Assembly (NCBI GenBank): GCA_965153355.1
Contig: OZ231126.1
Span: 45,756,001-45,820,000, forward strand
Direction of reading: 5' to 3'
From: Flaccisagitta enflata
Taxonomy: Eukaryota
Length of the DNA stretch: 64,000 nt
Of this stretch, positions 47,365 to 61,553 are shown piece by piece. Below the pieces are notes generated by a model that worked only from the letters and a program-made list of their open reading frames with translations, did no database searches and was not told the DNA's origin. A program made the translations under genes and the position numbers. The first letter of the stretch is position 1. Each line of letters begins with the position of its first letter.

Positions 47365-47423
47365 TTTTTTCTCCTTCTTTTTTGTTTGCTAGCTCTCCCC
47401 GTACTTTTGTCATTTTCTTTTTC

Positions 47424-47462
<39 letters not shown>

Positions 47463-47672
47463 TCCTTGTTTCAATCAATCAACAACAACAACAACAACAA
47501 CTACTACTCTTCAGTAATTGTCTCTCATCCGCAACTTTGCTCCAGGCTTTTTGATTTTCTTGACTCTTCATTGTAGTTTATTTTAGTTAATGGTTACTCT
47601 GAATCATGTTACAGTTGAAATTATGTATCAGAAGGAGGGGGCGGGAGCTCTCGACTATTGGCATTGGCAAAA

Positions 47673-47732
47673 GACTGACTGACTGACTGACTGACTGACT
47701 GACTGACTGACTGACTGACTGACTGACTGACT
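47673..47732 (+). repeat. (GACT)15 microsatellite
   Basis: Perfect array. Confidence 0.97.
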
Positions 47733-50253
47733 AGTGACTAATACACTGATTGACTGACACACGCCGATAGACAATGATCTTTTGAGGGTGCATATTTTTT
47801 GCCTTGAATTATGGACATGTATTTCTGGTCGCTCATTTCCCCTTCCAAGGCTTCGCACATTCTCATATCTTTTTCCCCCGTTGCGCTTTTTTCCCACTTC
47901 ATTTTCACCCTTCTTTTTTTTTTACGTCTCTGTCTTTCTCGCTTTCTGCTGTCAATAGAATTTAATCTCAGCTTGGAAAGAAATCATACCAAGTCTTCGG
48001 CATACTAAAGGGGCTAACGGTCTAATGGAAGATGTGGGATAACTGTGTTACGAAAAAGGATGTGAGATTTGCTGGGGAGAAACTGTAAAAGGTGTAAACC
48101 GAGTGAGGTGCCGACTACAGAATGCCAAAATGAAAGGTGCATGATTGTGGTGAAGGGTAAGTAAAAGTGGTTTCTTGGTGCAGAGCGCGCTTCGAGGCAC
48201 AAGCTGGATGGAGCTCAACGCCCCAAGGATCAAGTAAGGGGGAAAGTTAGTAGGAGAGGAAAATGGTAAGAGTAAAACTTCTCGGTATTCAAATTGAAAC
48301 GAGCTTATTGATTGGCTGAGTCGTTGTTTGAGGTGTTTTCCAATGATTGTCGCATTTTGCAGCTGGGGGACTTTTCTTTTTTTTCTTTTTTTCCCCTTTT
48401 TACCATCTTTTCAATTTCTTTCTGTTTTTCTCTTCCTTTGTTTTTTATTCTTTTGTTGATCCATTCAAATTTCTTTCTTTTTTGTTGCGCTTTTTCCTCT
48501 TTTTTTCATCAATTATTTTGCGACCGTGATCCGTTAGATGTCGCGCGGCGGCAGAAAAAAAAATTAAAGACGTAAATCAAAAGGGAAAACGAGCACTAGA
48601 TTTTCATGGTTGGTGTTTACAGCGAGATACCTGCAGATCGCTTTGAAAATCCATACGTATTGTCTTATAAACGACTCAAGTAAAACCTGTATAAAGTTAA
48701 GAATTGCGGTAGAGAGAAGGCAATTGACATGTGAAAAAAAAACATAAGAAAGGAAAAAAGACAAAAGGAAAGAAGAAAAGACAGAAAGAAAACGGGACAG
48801 AAAAAAAGTAAAAAATTGGAAAGGAGAAAAGAGAGACATGATAAGAAAGAAAAAAAAAACAACCACTGAAAAGGAAAATAAGGAGAGGAAAAAACCGAAA
48901 GAGAAAAGGAATAGCGAGAAGCATTATTTTGTGTTAACAAAAGGAATTGTGACTGTAATGGAAAGAAGGAATGAAAAGTGAGAAATCTAACACGCAAAAG
49001 GCAACGCGGTCTCCCCCTAAGAGGAGCCCATGCCCCGAAAAACGGGACACGCAGAGAGAGATGAATTACTTAGTGCAGTTTTGACTCAAGGAAAGAGAGA
49101 CACAGAGAGAGTCTCGTTGTCCACAGAGACGTAGGCGCATGACACCCTTACGTGGGAAACTCTCACTATCTTACTCAGTTTCGTTTCTGTAGCGTTTTGT
49201 CACAACTACCACACATCCACAGCCATTTTTTTTTTTTACTACGTGAAGCGACCTACTCAGTTCCAACCACATTCATCCAAATACGTTTTCCCCAATTAAC
49301 TCTATCGGACAACTAATGTATTCTATCGTCAGTTTTAACCTATCAAACGATAACCTCTGAGTGGAAATGTACTCTAATAGGGTAAAAGGTCTCGCCACCA
49401 CCTACGTAACCGATATAACTGATAACCCCCACGCAGAAAAACGCCGCCACCTACGTTTCCGATAACCCCCCCCCTCCCTCAAGAGCACACACAGAATCGA
49501 ATTTCCTTTTCACTTTCGCCCATCAGAATCCTGCGGCTTCCTGCTATTCGGCCTGAAGGTAGGCTTTTACCGGCGGTGTGGCGGAGACCCGAAAGCCGGT
49601 GCCATTTGGCCATTAAGTAACTTCATGGATTCGCGAGTCTCCTCTTTCCTTCTTTTTTCCCCATCTTACTTTTCCCTTCTTTTCCCTTAGTCATCTTACT
49701 CTTGTACATCTTCTTTCTTTTCTCCATCTCCTTCTTTTCCTCTCTTTTATCCTCTTCCTCTTCTTTTTCTCCTTCTTCTCTTCTCATCTTTCTCTTCTTC
49801 TTCTTTTCTTACTTCTTCTTTTTCTTCTTCTTCTTCTTCTTCTTCTTCTCCTTCTTCTTCTTCTTTTTCTTTTTCATTTTCTTTTTCTTTTTCTTTTTCT
49901 TTTTCTTTTTCTTCTTCTTCTTCTTCTTCTTCTTCTTATCCTTATTCTTCTTCTTCTTCTTCTTCGCCTGCTCCTAATTCTTCTACTTCTTCTTCTTCTT
50001 CTGCGCCTTATTCTTCTTCTTCACCTTATCCGCCATCATCTCCTCCTCCTTGCCTTCTAGTATCCGCCCTTTCATTTCTTACTTTTTACTCACCGCTCCT
50101 TCTACACTTTCTACCTCCCGGCCATGTCCCTCACACTTTACTCTCCTCCTTTTAGCCCTGAAGACACATCAGAATCGGACTTATTCTTTTTTTTCCAAGG
50201 GGGGTTTCTTATCGCCTATCGACGGTGGTGGCGTCGGTGACTGCGGTGGCGGT

Positions 50254-50284
<31 letters not shown>

Positions 50285-50538
50285 GTGGCGGTGGCGGCGG
50301 CGGCAGCGGCGGTGGCGAATGCGGCAACCGTCAGTCTTCTTCCTGTCACTCGATACCCGCACGACCTTAATTGAGAAAGAGGCCTCTTTCCAGTTTTCTT
50401 GCAATGGTGTTAGTGTTGTTTCTGATGTGGTTGTCTAAATGCAATTGAAATAGGAAGTGACTTTAGTTACTGGCTTAGTTCATTAACCTTTACGCAAAGA
50501 GTGTTTCTAACAGCGTCGCTGTAAAGTTGACCAGCTTG

Positions 50539-50752
<214 letters not shown>

Positions 50753-50915
50753 CGCGCGCATTTTCCGTTTTTTCCACACGTAACCGTTACTTTTCCCATC
50801 ATTTCACCATTACGTGAAAATAATGACTTCCTGTCCTCACATGTTCTTTTCCACCATCTATCCATCCCATTCCATTAGATATGTTCTTTCTTTGCACCTG
50901 CTTCTCACCGACACC

Positions 50916-51018
<103 letters not shown>

Positions 51019-51082
51019 CCGCTGATATCTCATCTTTCACGTCGTTCCTCTACTGGCAAGTGATCTCAGGTTTCCCGGCTTT

Positions 51083-51397
<315 letters not shown>

Positions 51398-51718
51398 CTA
51401 CCTTTAGGCAAATAAAAATCGTTTCCACCACTTAACCAATCAAGACGATTACGTGATAAGCTCCTGAGGGCCAATTAAATGGCTTCTGTCTTTTACAACC
51501 AATCAAAGACGACTTAGATCAGACGCTTTCCATTGTCATCGGCCAATGAGAATTGCTGGTTTGAAGTGGACCAATCAAAAGTTTTGTGTGTTTTTAGAAG
51601 AAAAAAAAATAGGAAAATTAGATTGATGCGATGGTCGGAAATCATCAGGTAGAAAAAAAAAAGGGAGGAACGATAATGGAAGAGATGGAATTTCTAATGG
51701 AATGAGAAGGCTCTGGAT

Positions 51719-53168
51719 TTGACGGTATGTTTTCCCCCTCATGTGCTCAAAACCCATGTACCCGATCATTTTTGATTACTTTTATAATATTACTACCTAG
51801 AACTAAAGAGATTTGGGATTTTTGATCCATTTTAGGGACCGCGAGTTCCATTTATTTATCACCACTCCAAGGTGGTTGTGGTGAAAATGTTGAAATTAGG
51901 TCACTTTGGGCTCAAAATTGGGCCACTTTAGTTTGGAAATTTGACCCGAAATCTGTGAGATTATGAAACTAAAGCTCAAGAGCTAACCAGTGGTGCAATC
52001 CGCATGTTGCCATCATTTTTTGTTAAGATTTGAGAGCTTTTCAAAGATGGAAGGGTATGAGGGTTATTTTACCAATTGAATTTGGTGGTCAATTTTGACA
52101 TTTTTTACTTTTTTTTATATATCTCCACTTTGGATAGACAAATCTGGATGAAATTGGTGACCAAATTGAAGAGTTTTTGATTCTCTAAATGAATCTGGTA
52201 AAATTTTTGATCAATATGACCCTCAAAATTTTTTGGAGACTCTTGAAGCAGGTGCTAAAAAGTGAATTTTTTCGCCATTTTGGCTACTTTGGTCAATAAA
52301 TTTGGGCACTTCCGAGATAGAAAATGACAAAAAATCAGTGGGCAAATTAAACTACTGTTCAAGATCTAACAAATGGTGCAATCGGCATGTCGATATGTTG
52401 AAGCATATAGATTTGGCAGAGGTTTTAGGCTCATAATGACCAAAAAATGTCATTTTATTATACCCACTGATCTTTGAAGCTTTGCTTAATCTATATGCTT
52501 TAACCTATTGACATGCCGATTGCACCATTGGTTAGATCTTGAACAGTAGTTTAATTTGCCCACTGATTTTTTGTCATCATTTTCTCAGAAGTGCCCAAAT
52601 TTTTGGTAAAAGTAGCCAAAATGGCGTAAAAATCACTGGCACCTGCTTGTGAGCTCCCAAAATTTTGGGGTCATATCGATCCCAGAAATTTTACAGATTC
52701 ATCTAGAAGTGTCAGCTCTTCAATTTGGTCTGCCATTTCATCCAGATTTTTCCATCCAAAGCAGAAATATTCAAAAATTGTAAAAAACTTCAGTCAATAC
52801 CAGTTCAATTGGTAAAATAACCCTCATACCCTTCCATCTTTAGAAAAAAGCTCTCAAATCTTAACAAAAAATAATGCTTAACATGTAGTTGCACCACTGG
52901 TTAGCTCTTGAGCTCTAGTTTCATAATCTCACAGATTTTGGGTCAAATTTCCAAACCAAAGTGGCCCGATTTTTAGCCTAAAGTGACCAAATTTCAACAT
53001 TTTCACCACAACCACCTTGGAGTGGTGATAAATAAATGGAACTCGCGGTCCCTAAAATGGATCAAAAATCCCAAACCTCTTTGGTTCTAGGTAGTAATAT
53101 TATAAAAATAATCAAAAACAATCGGGTACATAGGTTTTGAGCACATGAGGGGGAAAACATACCGTCAA
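51719..53168. mobile_element. Non-autonomous foldback DNA transposon, ~700-bp inverted arms, 8-bp TSD (CTCTGGAT)
   Basis: The left end TTGACGGTATGTTTTCCCCCTCATGTGCTCAAAACC is the reverse complement of the right end GGTTTTGAGCACATGAGGGGGAAAACATACCGTCAA. Complementarity continues with scattered mismatches and indels to ~52421/52480, leaving a ~60-bp spacer. CTCTGGAT lies at 51711-51718 and 53169-53176. No internal ORF. Confidence 0.92.
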
Positions 53169-53518
53169 CTCTGGATAGACAAAAAATCTGAACTAGGATA
53201 GTTTGATAGACGGCACGAGAAAGCACGCCGCCATTTTTTCCGCTGCTCATTTTCTATCAGCTTTACCTTTCATTTCTTTTCAACGAGTAGACTCAATCCA
53301 CTTTCCAAAATTAGTCTCAGACGATAGTCTCAGACTTTCTGGCTCCTTTTCCTTTGCTGCTCGCCGATCCATGTCTACTTTTTTACCATTAAGGTTTGAC
53401 ATGTAGACTCTACATTGTAGAAAGCAGTATTTGCACGGCAACAGACATTGTCTACAGACAACCCAACCAAAACGCCTCATTTCTGATCTTTGTTCAGGTC
53501 TAATTACCGATAGTCAAG

Positions 53519-53571
<53 letters not shown>

Positions 53572-53991
53572 TTCCTTTTCTCCCTAAGTGCTTTTACATC
53601 TGAGGAGTTCCTGCTCCTAGATCATGTCGCCGCTCGCGTTCAGGTTGCGACGTCTGCTTCTATATCGACACCAAAACCGTACGAATCTGTAACATTGACT
53701 AAAGCCGTTCTCTGTTACGCGAGAAGGTGGCTGAATTTTCTTGAATATGTAAGGGGGGGGGGGGCAGAGGGGCGCGAGCGTAAGAGCGCCGATATTTGAT
53801 CTCATGGTTTCAATCCTAATGTAAGATGTAAGGTTGCACAAATGTTCGGACGAGGGAGCAGGGGGCCAGGGCCTCAGTTGTTCGTTTTGTTCCACAACGT
53901 TATATGGCTTTCCTTTTTTCCTGGTAAACTTTTGACGCACTAACAAATGACGAGAAGAATAGCAGGAGAAAATCATCATTACCAATGTGAA

Positions 53992-54116
53992 TTTTTAGGT
54001 GCGACAAAGCACCTCTACAACTGGCTGTGTCTGTTGGTCGGTCGGTCTGTTGGTAACGCATTCGTTCGACGATCCACACGTCGCACCTTATTGGACTACT
54101 TGGCCTTGTTTTTTTT
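53992..54116 (+). mobile_element. Short DINE-1/HINE-like element (AGGTGCGAC subfamily)
   Basis: TTTTTAGGTGCGACAAAGCACCTCTAC hairpin, GGTC repeats, subterminal GTCGCACCT, and the end GGCCTTGTTTTT. Confidence 0.72.
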
Positions 54117-54467
54117 ACAATGGCAAGCAGCCCAATCCCTTCAACCCCTTCTCTCTTCTTTGCCTCCTCATCACCGCCAATTTTACTCCACTTCTTATTT
54201 TCTAGCCGCAGGCAAACTATTTATTTCTGTTCGTTTTCAATTTCTTTTTCTTGCCTTTTCTTTCCTCACCTTATTTGCCTCATTCTCTCCTTCTTTCTCC
54301 ATCTCTTCATCTGTCGCCTCGTCTTCTTCCTCCTCCTCCTTTTCCTCCTCCTCCTTCCCACCAATTCACCTCACCAAATTCGTATGAGCATCACGTCAGA
54401 TTCGCGTCATCGCTCCTGGTGGGTTTCTTCCCTCCTGTGCGCCTCCGCTTACCTCTCTCGTCTATCT

Positions 54468-54527
<60 letters not shown>

Positions 54528-55397
54528 TTCTCGCTTCCTTTCACCGGGTTGACTGAAAAGACGATAGATTGCAGGTTGTTCCCAGACCAGAAGGTAAACG
54601 TGCGAATGGAGCGGCGGCAGTCGCTTGCTCGTGGGAGCTCAGGCCAAACGGGTGAAAAAGAGGGAGGAGGACAAAAAATAGAAGGAAATTAAGGGGCAAT
54701 GTGGGGAAAAGAATGAAGGGGGAATGAATGAGGGGAAAGAATGAACGGGGAAAAGAAAACGTGAGTATGAGAAAGAATAAATGGACATCTACCTTTTCCA
54801 GAAATGACAAGATTGAAAGTGATATTTTCATAACTCCAATATCGTGAGCACGACAGGTGTCGATTTATGTTAATCTTTCCCAACAAATTACCTTTTTCCT
54901 TTAAAAAAAAACAAAAAATGGGGGAAAATGTTTTTAAAATGTGCTTTTTTTTCTTGCGCCAATGAGTACTTTTTCGCGGTGGTAAGCGCAGCTGTTAAAC
55001 TAATGCTAACAGACTGTGGCCTGCGGAAAGATCTGAATCTTCTCGAGTAGACTGGCATTTCAAACCTTTACAGTTAGCGTATTCATACGCTGAAGACAAG
55101 ATTTTTGTTGAGAGGAAGCTTGAGCGCCCGGATTTACTCCATCTCTTTCCGAAACTTCCTGACCAGCCTGTCTCTTCCAACTCGTCTACAAACTACCACA
55201 TCACCATCTTATGACTCCCAGTTTTCCCAACTTCCACTCCTCCTCCCACACGAGAGTCCATTTGTATACCTCATCGGTCTTCTCTCACCTTAAGGCCCTC
55301 CTGATAATCCAGGTTGACTCCGAAACGTGATTTCCATTCCAGAAACGGTTCCCTCGACGCGCTCCCGAGCAAAGACGCCGCGCTCTCACTTCCGGCC

Positions 55398-55505
<108 letters not shown>

Positions 55506-55603
55506 GGTCAACGCCCACCGAGACTTGTTAACGCGTGCTTCCTTGCCCTAAAGTTCATGTACTCAGATTTTAAGAACTGAGATTATGAGACCATATGGAG
55601 CGA

Positions 55604-55695
<92 letters not shown>

Positions 55696-56437
55696 GGTCA
55701 ATGTTATATATTGCTTTCAGATGTTTACTCGCTTCTTCCTCACTGGCATCGTTGCCATCAATTCATAGGTGAGCTCTCACGGCTTCCCTCGAAATGGCTT
55801 CTCAATATCAGTTTGTCTGACTGCCAGTCTGCCAATCTTTTACCAGCGTATATTTTCTTTTTCGATCTCTTCTCTCTCTCTCTCTCTCTCTCTCTTTTTC
55901 TCTCTCTCTCTCTCTATTTCTCTCTCACCGACGTGGTGGGTGTGTCTATCTTGACCTGGATTTTCCGAGCTTTTGATCTGTGGTTACCTTTCATGTATGA
56001 AATTCCGTTTTCCTGGCGTTTTTTTTTTCTTCTTCCAGTTCATGAATCCAAGTTGATGGCAAATCCAGATCACCTTCTTTCTTCCTCGTGTCAGATCCCT
56101 CTTTATGAGTTCATCCTCTATTGAAGTCTAGAATCCTTCTCCTTTAATGCTATTTTTAATGTCATCATTTGCTAAATACATTGATGATAACATGCCTGTA
56201 TAGTTTTTTTGATAATTTGGCTTCAGTGTACAAACTGTGACAAGAGAAGTGACTCGTTTTGACTGAAAGAGATCATATGCGTAAATTTCTCATTGATTAC
56301 ACAGAAAACAAATTCGCATGCACGTTGACTAATAAACGGTGATTAATGATCTTTTTCCTTAATCACTCTCCAAAGATTTGGTCCTTAATCTTGGACGATG
56401 TTTAGAGAAATGACGATTGGTTTAGATAATGATCGAT

Positions 56438-57183
56438 AACTAGTCATCCAAGGATCGCACATGGTCAGCGGTACCCGATGCCCTGCTTGGAGTGATCAAG
56501 TGAAGTAGTAGACTGAGAGCAGGGCAGCGGCCCCAAAGGGCTGATGTCCTGTAGGACACAGGGGGTAATTTCCAGACGTCCTGAGGGGGAATATATCAGG
56601 CCTAAGAGGGATTTGAGGTTTAGGGGGAAGATTTTAGGCCTGAAGATTAGATATGAGATCCAGGGGTAGGCTTGAGGCATTAGGGGCAGATTGGAGGCCT
56701 GGAGGGCTTATTTGAGGCCTGGAATGCTGATTTTAGGGCTGGAGAGCAGATTTGAGGCCTGGAGAGCTGATTTGAGAGCTGATTTGAGGCCTGGAGGGCT
56801 GATTTGAGGTCTGGAGGGCCAATTAGAGGCCTGGAGGGCTGATTTGAAGCCTGGAATGCTGATTTTAGGGCTGGAGAGCAGATTTGAGGCCTCGAGAGCT
56901 GATTTGAGAGCTGATTTGAGGCCTGGAGAGCAGATTTGAGGCCTGGAGAGCTGATTTGAGAGGGCTGATTTGAGGTCTGGAGTGGGCTGATTTGAGGCCT
57001 GAGTGGGCTTATTTGAGGGGCTTAGAGGGCCTGGGCACCAGGCTCAGAGTGGAGGATTTTAGGCCCTGGGCACAGCTGGGGGACTTGATCAGAAGGACGG
57101 AAGGATGGACGGACGGACGGACGTCTGGAAATTACCCCCTGTGTCCTACAGGACATCGGCCCTTTGGGGCCGCTGCCCAAAAA
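56438..57183 (-). mobile_element. Second copy of the large Helentron-associated element with a ~20-bp minisatellite
   Basis: It has the same terminal tail as 32430 and a 60-bp inverted repeat (56522-56581 vs 57119-57178, 1 mismatch). Internal GATTTGAGGCCTGGAGGGCT-type repeats span ~56600-57020, with a GGAC microsatellite at ~57095-57123. It ends GCTGCCCAAAAA. Confidence 0.8.
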
Positions 57184-58480
57184 GGGGAGAGAAAAATGCA
57201 GGGTGCGTTGGGGAATGTAAAGTACGAAAAGCCAAAAAAAAATGAAAAGGATTCTAACTTTATGTGTTTTAATAAAGGGGAGCGAAAGAAAAACAAAAAG
57301 AAAGAATAAAAGAAAATGTAGAATGTCTTTAATGTACTTGTATTTTTTTCTCTAAGAATGGATGATTAAAAAAAATAAACTTTCAAGGCACCTGATTCTC
57401 TTTACTCGCGCTTATGCGAGACTGACAAGAAAAGTCCATTACTTCGCGTTAAAAGTCAAAATAACGATACAGGAAAAAAATGCACGGGAAATATGCCAAA
57501 AGTGAAGAAAAAAAGAACTTTTCGAAACGTTTGCCAAATGCTCCGAGCTGACGTGAATAACCTTTAGCTAAGGTATCTTGATAATCACTCTACGAAATGT
57601 ACTTTTTTTCGAGTCATTATATTTTCTTAAAATGAAATAACCACGTGGCTTTTTAATTTCTAAAAGGTTTGAATCTTATTACTACGCTGCACTTAAATTG
57701 ATTAATCCAGTTAACCTTCAGTTGACGAATCATCCCTAGGGGCATAATATAAAGAAGGAGGGGGACCGGGATGGTGGCGGTAAAGGGGATGAGTGAAAAA
57801 AGCGACAGAAAAGAAAGTAGAAAAGAAAAGGAAATGAAAGAAAAGGATGTATCATGTAGGAACGATGGAAACTGCGGAAAAGGGAAAGAAGGTGAGCTGG
57901 GTTTTTCTATCTAGGGGATTAGAATGAGTGACATTTTGGATGAAGACGGTATGACATCTAATCAAAAGGAAAAGGCAGGTCTTCGCTCGGGAGCGGAAAT
58001 ACGAACGGCATGAGAATACGTTAGTGAGGATGAGGAGGAGGAAAATGAATAAGTGGTGATGTAGGAAGTGAGATCAGAGGGTTTGAGAGGCAGGGTGCCG
58101 AGGGTAAAAGGCTGTTGATGTGTGCTGTGGAACAGGTACGGTAAAGTTTTATGGTGGGTGATGTTGAATTGGGAAACAAAGAGCACGAGGAAAGACGGTG
58201 AGGAAAGAAAGCTGTGTTGGTAGGTTTCCATTCGTCTAACAAAATTATGACATGGTAAGTAAGCGAGAGACGATAATTTTGAGAGCTGTGAAGTTTAGTT
58301 TTTGATTCAAGATCTCCACTCTTTGCCCGTTTTCACTGCGTTTTCGTCGGCCAAACTGTTGTCCATCGTTCCATCTCTCCGTCTCTCCGTCTTGCCTCGT
58401 GCTCACGTGCGGCCAAAGGATATCAGATCCAATCAAGAAGGTAACACCGTCAACGCACGTGACAGAAATACGTGAGAGAC

Positions 58481-58589
<109 letters not shown>

Positions 58590-58716
58590 GCAGGATGAAA
58601 GAAGAGAAGGTACGATTGTAGAAAATAGAAATGGGATAAAACACAATACAGACGCAAAAAACATTGACAACAACAACAGCACCACTACAACAGCAACCAC
58701 AGCCACAACCACAACC

Positions 58717-58825
<109 letters not shown>

Positions 58826-58922
58826 AATGCATGCAAAGAAAAATCTAGCAATAAAAAACGACAACGCAAAACAACAAAATGAGGGGGATTTAAAAAAGAA
58901 GACTTACGTGGAATTGAAAGAG

Positions 58923-59036
<114 letters not shown>

Positions 59037-59387
59037 AGAGAGATAAACAAACGTATGAAACAGGGGAATAGAAGGGAGAATCAGACGCACGTATGGAAAT
59101 CTGAGTGAGTTGGAGATCTGTGTGAGCAGATAAAAAGAGAAGAGACTTGAACAACAAAAAAGTATCATGAATGATTCAAGAGAAGAATTTTTTTGAGGTG
59201 AAGAGAGAACTTGAAGAGGATTTTGTAACGAGTGTGAGCGAAGAAAGAGAGACAGACAGACAGCGAAAAGTTGTGTGTAAAAAACGAAAGAAAGAAAGAG
59301 AAAGTGTGTATCATCTCCATAAACCTTCTTTCGGTGCAACACCACCTTTAGAGGCGGTTTCGCCAGCAGTTTTTGAGATGGGTGTAT

Positions 59388-59476
<89 letters not shown>

Positions 59477-59555
59477 AGGTTTACTTTCATTTAGTTTGCG
59501 GTGGTTAAAAGGGATGGAACCCACTGTCTCAAGATTTCACTGCTCGTCCCACCCT

Positions 59556-59631
<76 letters not shown>

Positions 59632-60045
59632 ATTCCCCAATTTTTCCATTCCCCATGGCCGCGTCACCCAATTTTCCGTGCATTCGCTTGTTACTCAGAT
59701 CCCCTTTTCCAAATCTTTTGATCCTCTCCTGAAAGCCTTTGCTCTCTCTCTCTCTCTCAAAAGCGCGTGCCGCCCGCGCTCAAGCCCGCTCTCACAAAAG
59801 ACTTTCACTTGATTCCAGCCTCAAAGTAGGTAAAAGGTGGATCGAGAGCTTTTTGCCTCTCGCTTCTGGTAAAAAAAGAACTTCCCCCATAGAATTTTTA
59901 GAGGTTATTGTAATGGAAGAAAGGTCGGAGGGTTTGTGGTTTCTTGTGGTTGTGTTCTTTTGGAAGTTGGAAACGTCGAGGGTATGACGATCACACGACA
60001 AAAAAAAAAAACTACTTTCTTATTCACTCTATTTTGCGAAACGAA

Positions 60046-60230
60046 CTTTCTATTACATCTACGCTCTTCTGTTATATGTTACGATCCTTGGTCGGTCCCT
60101 CGGTCGTTCTTTCTGTCCGTCGGTATAAAAATTACACGGCGTGTTTCATGTTTGTTGGCCCCGGGCAGTTTTCGCATCGCCCTTCCACTACCCCTGCCCA
60201 CTCTCACGCAACTAATAACAGTCACGTTAA
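60046..60230 (+). mobile_element. Highly degenerate HINE-like copy
   Basis: A GGTCGGTCC/GTCCGTCGG tract is followed by GCAGTTTTCGCAT and ACTACCCCTGCCCACTCTCACGCAACT, resembling the family's 3' block. Confidence 0.45.
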
Positions 60231-61144
60231 TATCGATTCCAAATGTTGTTGCTTTTTCATGCTCGAATAAAAGCGTGATCATTTGAATGGAATTAGGCAT
60301 CTTTTTTTCTTTTCTCTAAGAAATGGAAAGGACAATGAAAAGCGGGAGGTCAATAAAGTAGGACGATGATGGGTCGCCATAAGAAGGTCGATGGCCTATG
60401 AATAGAATACAAAAATGACGAAGAAAGGGAAAGGGAAAAGAATAATATATAGAAAAAAAAGAATGGAGAGGAAAGAGGAAAAATATAAAAAGAAAGAATG
60501 ATAAAGAAGAAAATAGATCAAGCTTTCCATCTTTTGTCCCGAGAAACAAATCGAGAGAAGTTTTGTGCGTGAGTTAAGAAAAAAAAGAGAAGAGAACGTG
60601 AAAGTAAGGTTGTTGAAGGTGAAATATGGTCAGGGGATGAGTAGAGGTGGGGGAGGAAGAGGGTTGGAAGTAATTGGGAAGGGGGGGGCTTCCTAGCCCC
60701 GAACCCCACCGAGGAAGTGTGGGTTACATGGCAGCCGGGCGGGGAGGGCAGAGAGGTCGGTGTGCGTCGAAAATACTGGCTTAAGGCACGGGTCCACCTC
60801 CTCTCTACCTGCAACGCGCGGCGCCGATCGGACGTAAATTGGTAACAGGTTTTCCTTATCGGAAATCGTTAGTTGCCTGCCACTTGAGCAACTCCAATTT
60901 CTGAATTATCGAAGAGAGAGCGCGTTTTAATCGGAGAAGGCAAAAAGTGCCCCTTTCTTTTATCCTTTCCTTATTCCTTTTTCCTTTCTGTTTCTTTCCT
61001 TCTTTCTCCCTTTCTTATTGCCTTCTCTTTCTCTCTTTCTCTTTCTTACGTGTTCCGTGGGTCCTACTTTTGCGTTTGGCCGATATCCTCACCCTTGAAA
61101 CCTGAAAGGAACTTCTTTTTAGAAGAATGAGAGATTTTGCCGAT

Positions 61145-61244
<100 letters not shown>

Positions 61245-61452
61245 TTGAAGATTTTTTGGGTGCGCGTGATTACCATTTTAACTGAGCGGTAATTTGTAAC
61301 AAAGTTCATATTGTCTAATTGTTACGTTTTGCCAGAATTCTCGGTTCAATGCGGTGAGTCCAATTGTTCCGACAGGAGGTGCGATGCCAAAAGGAAAGAA
61401 AATAGGTGGCCACTTTGCGCGCATTGGGTGAAAAGAAAGGACGAACATGTAC

Positions 61453-61553
<101 letters not shown>

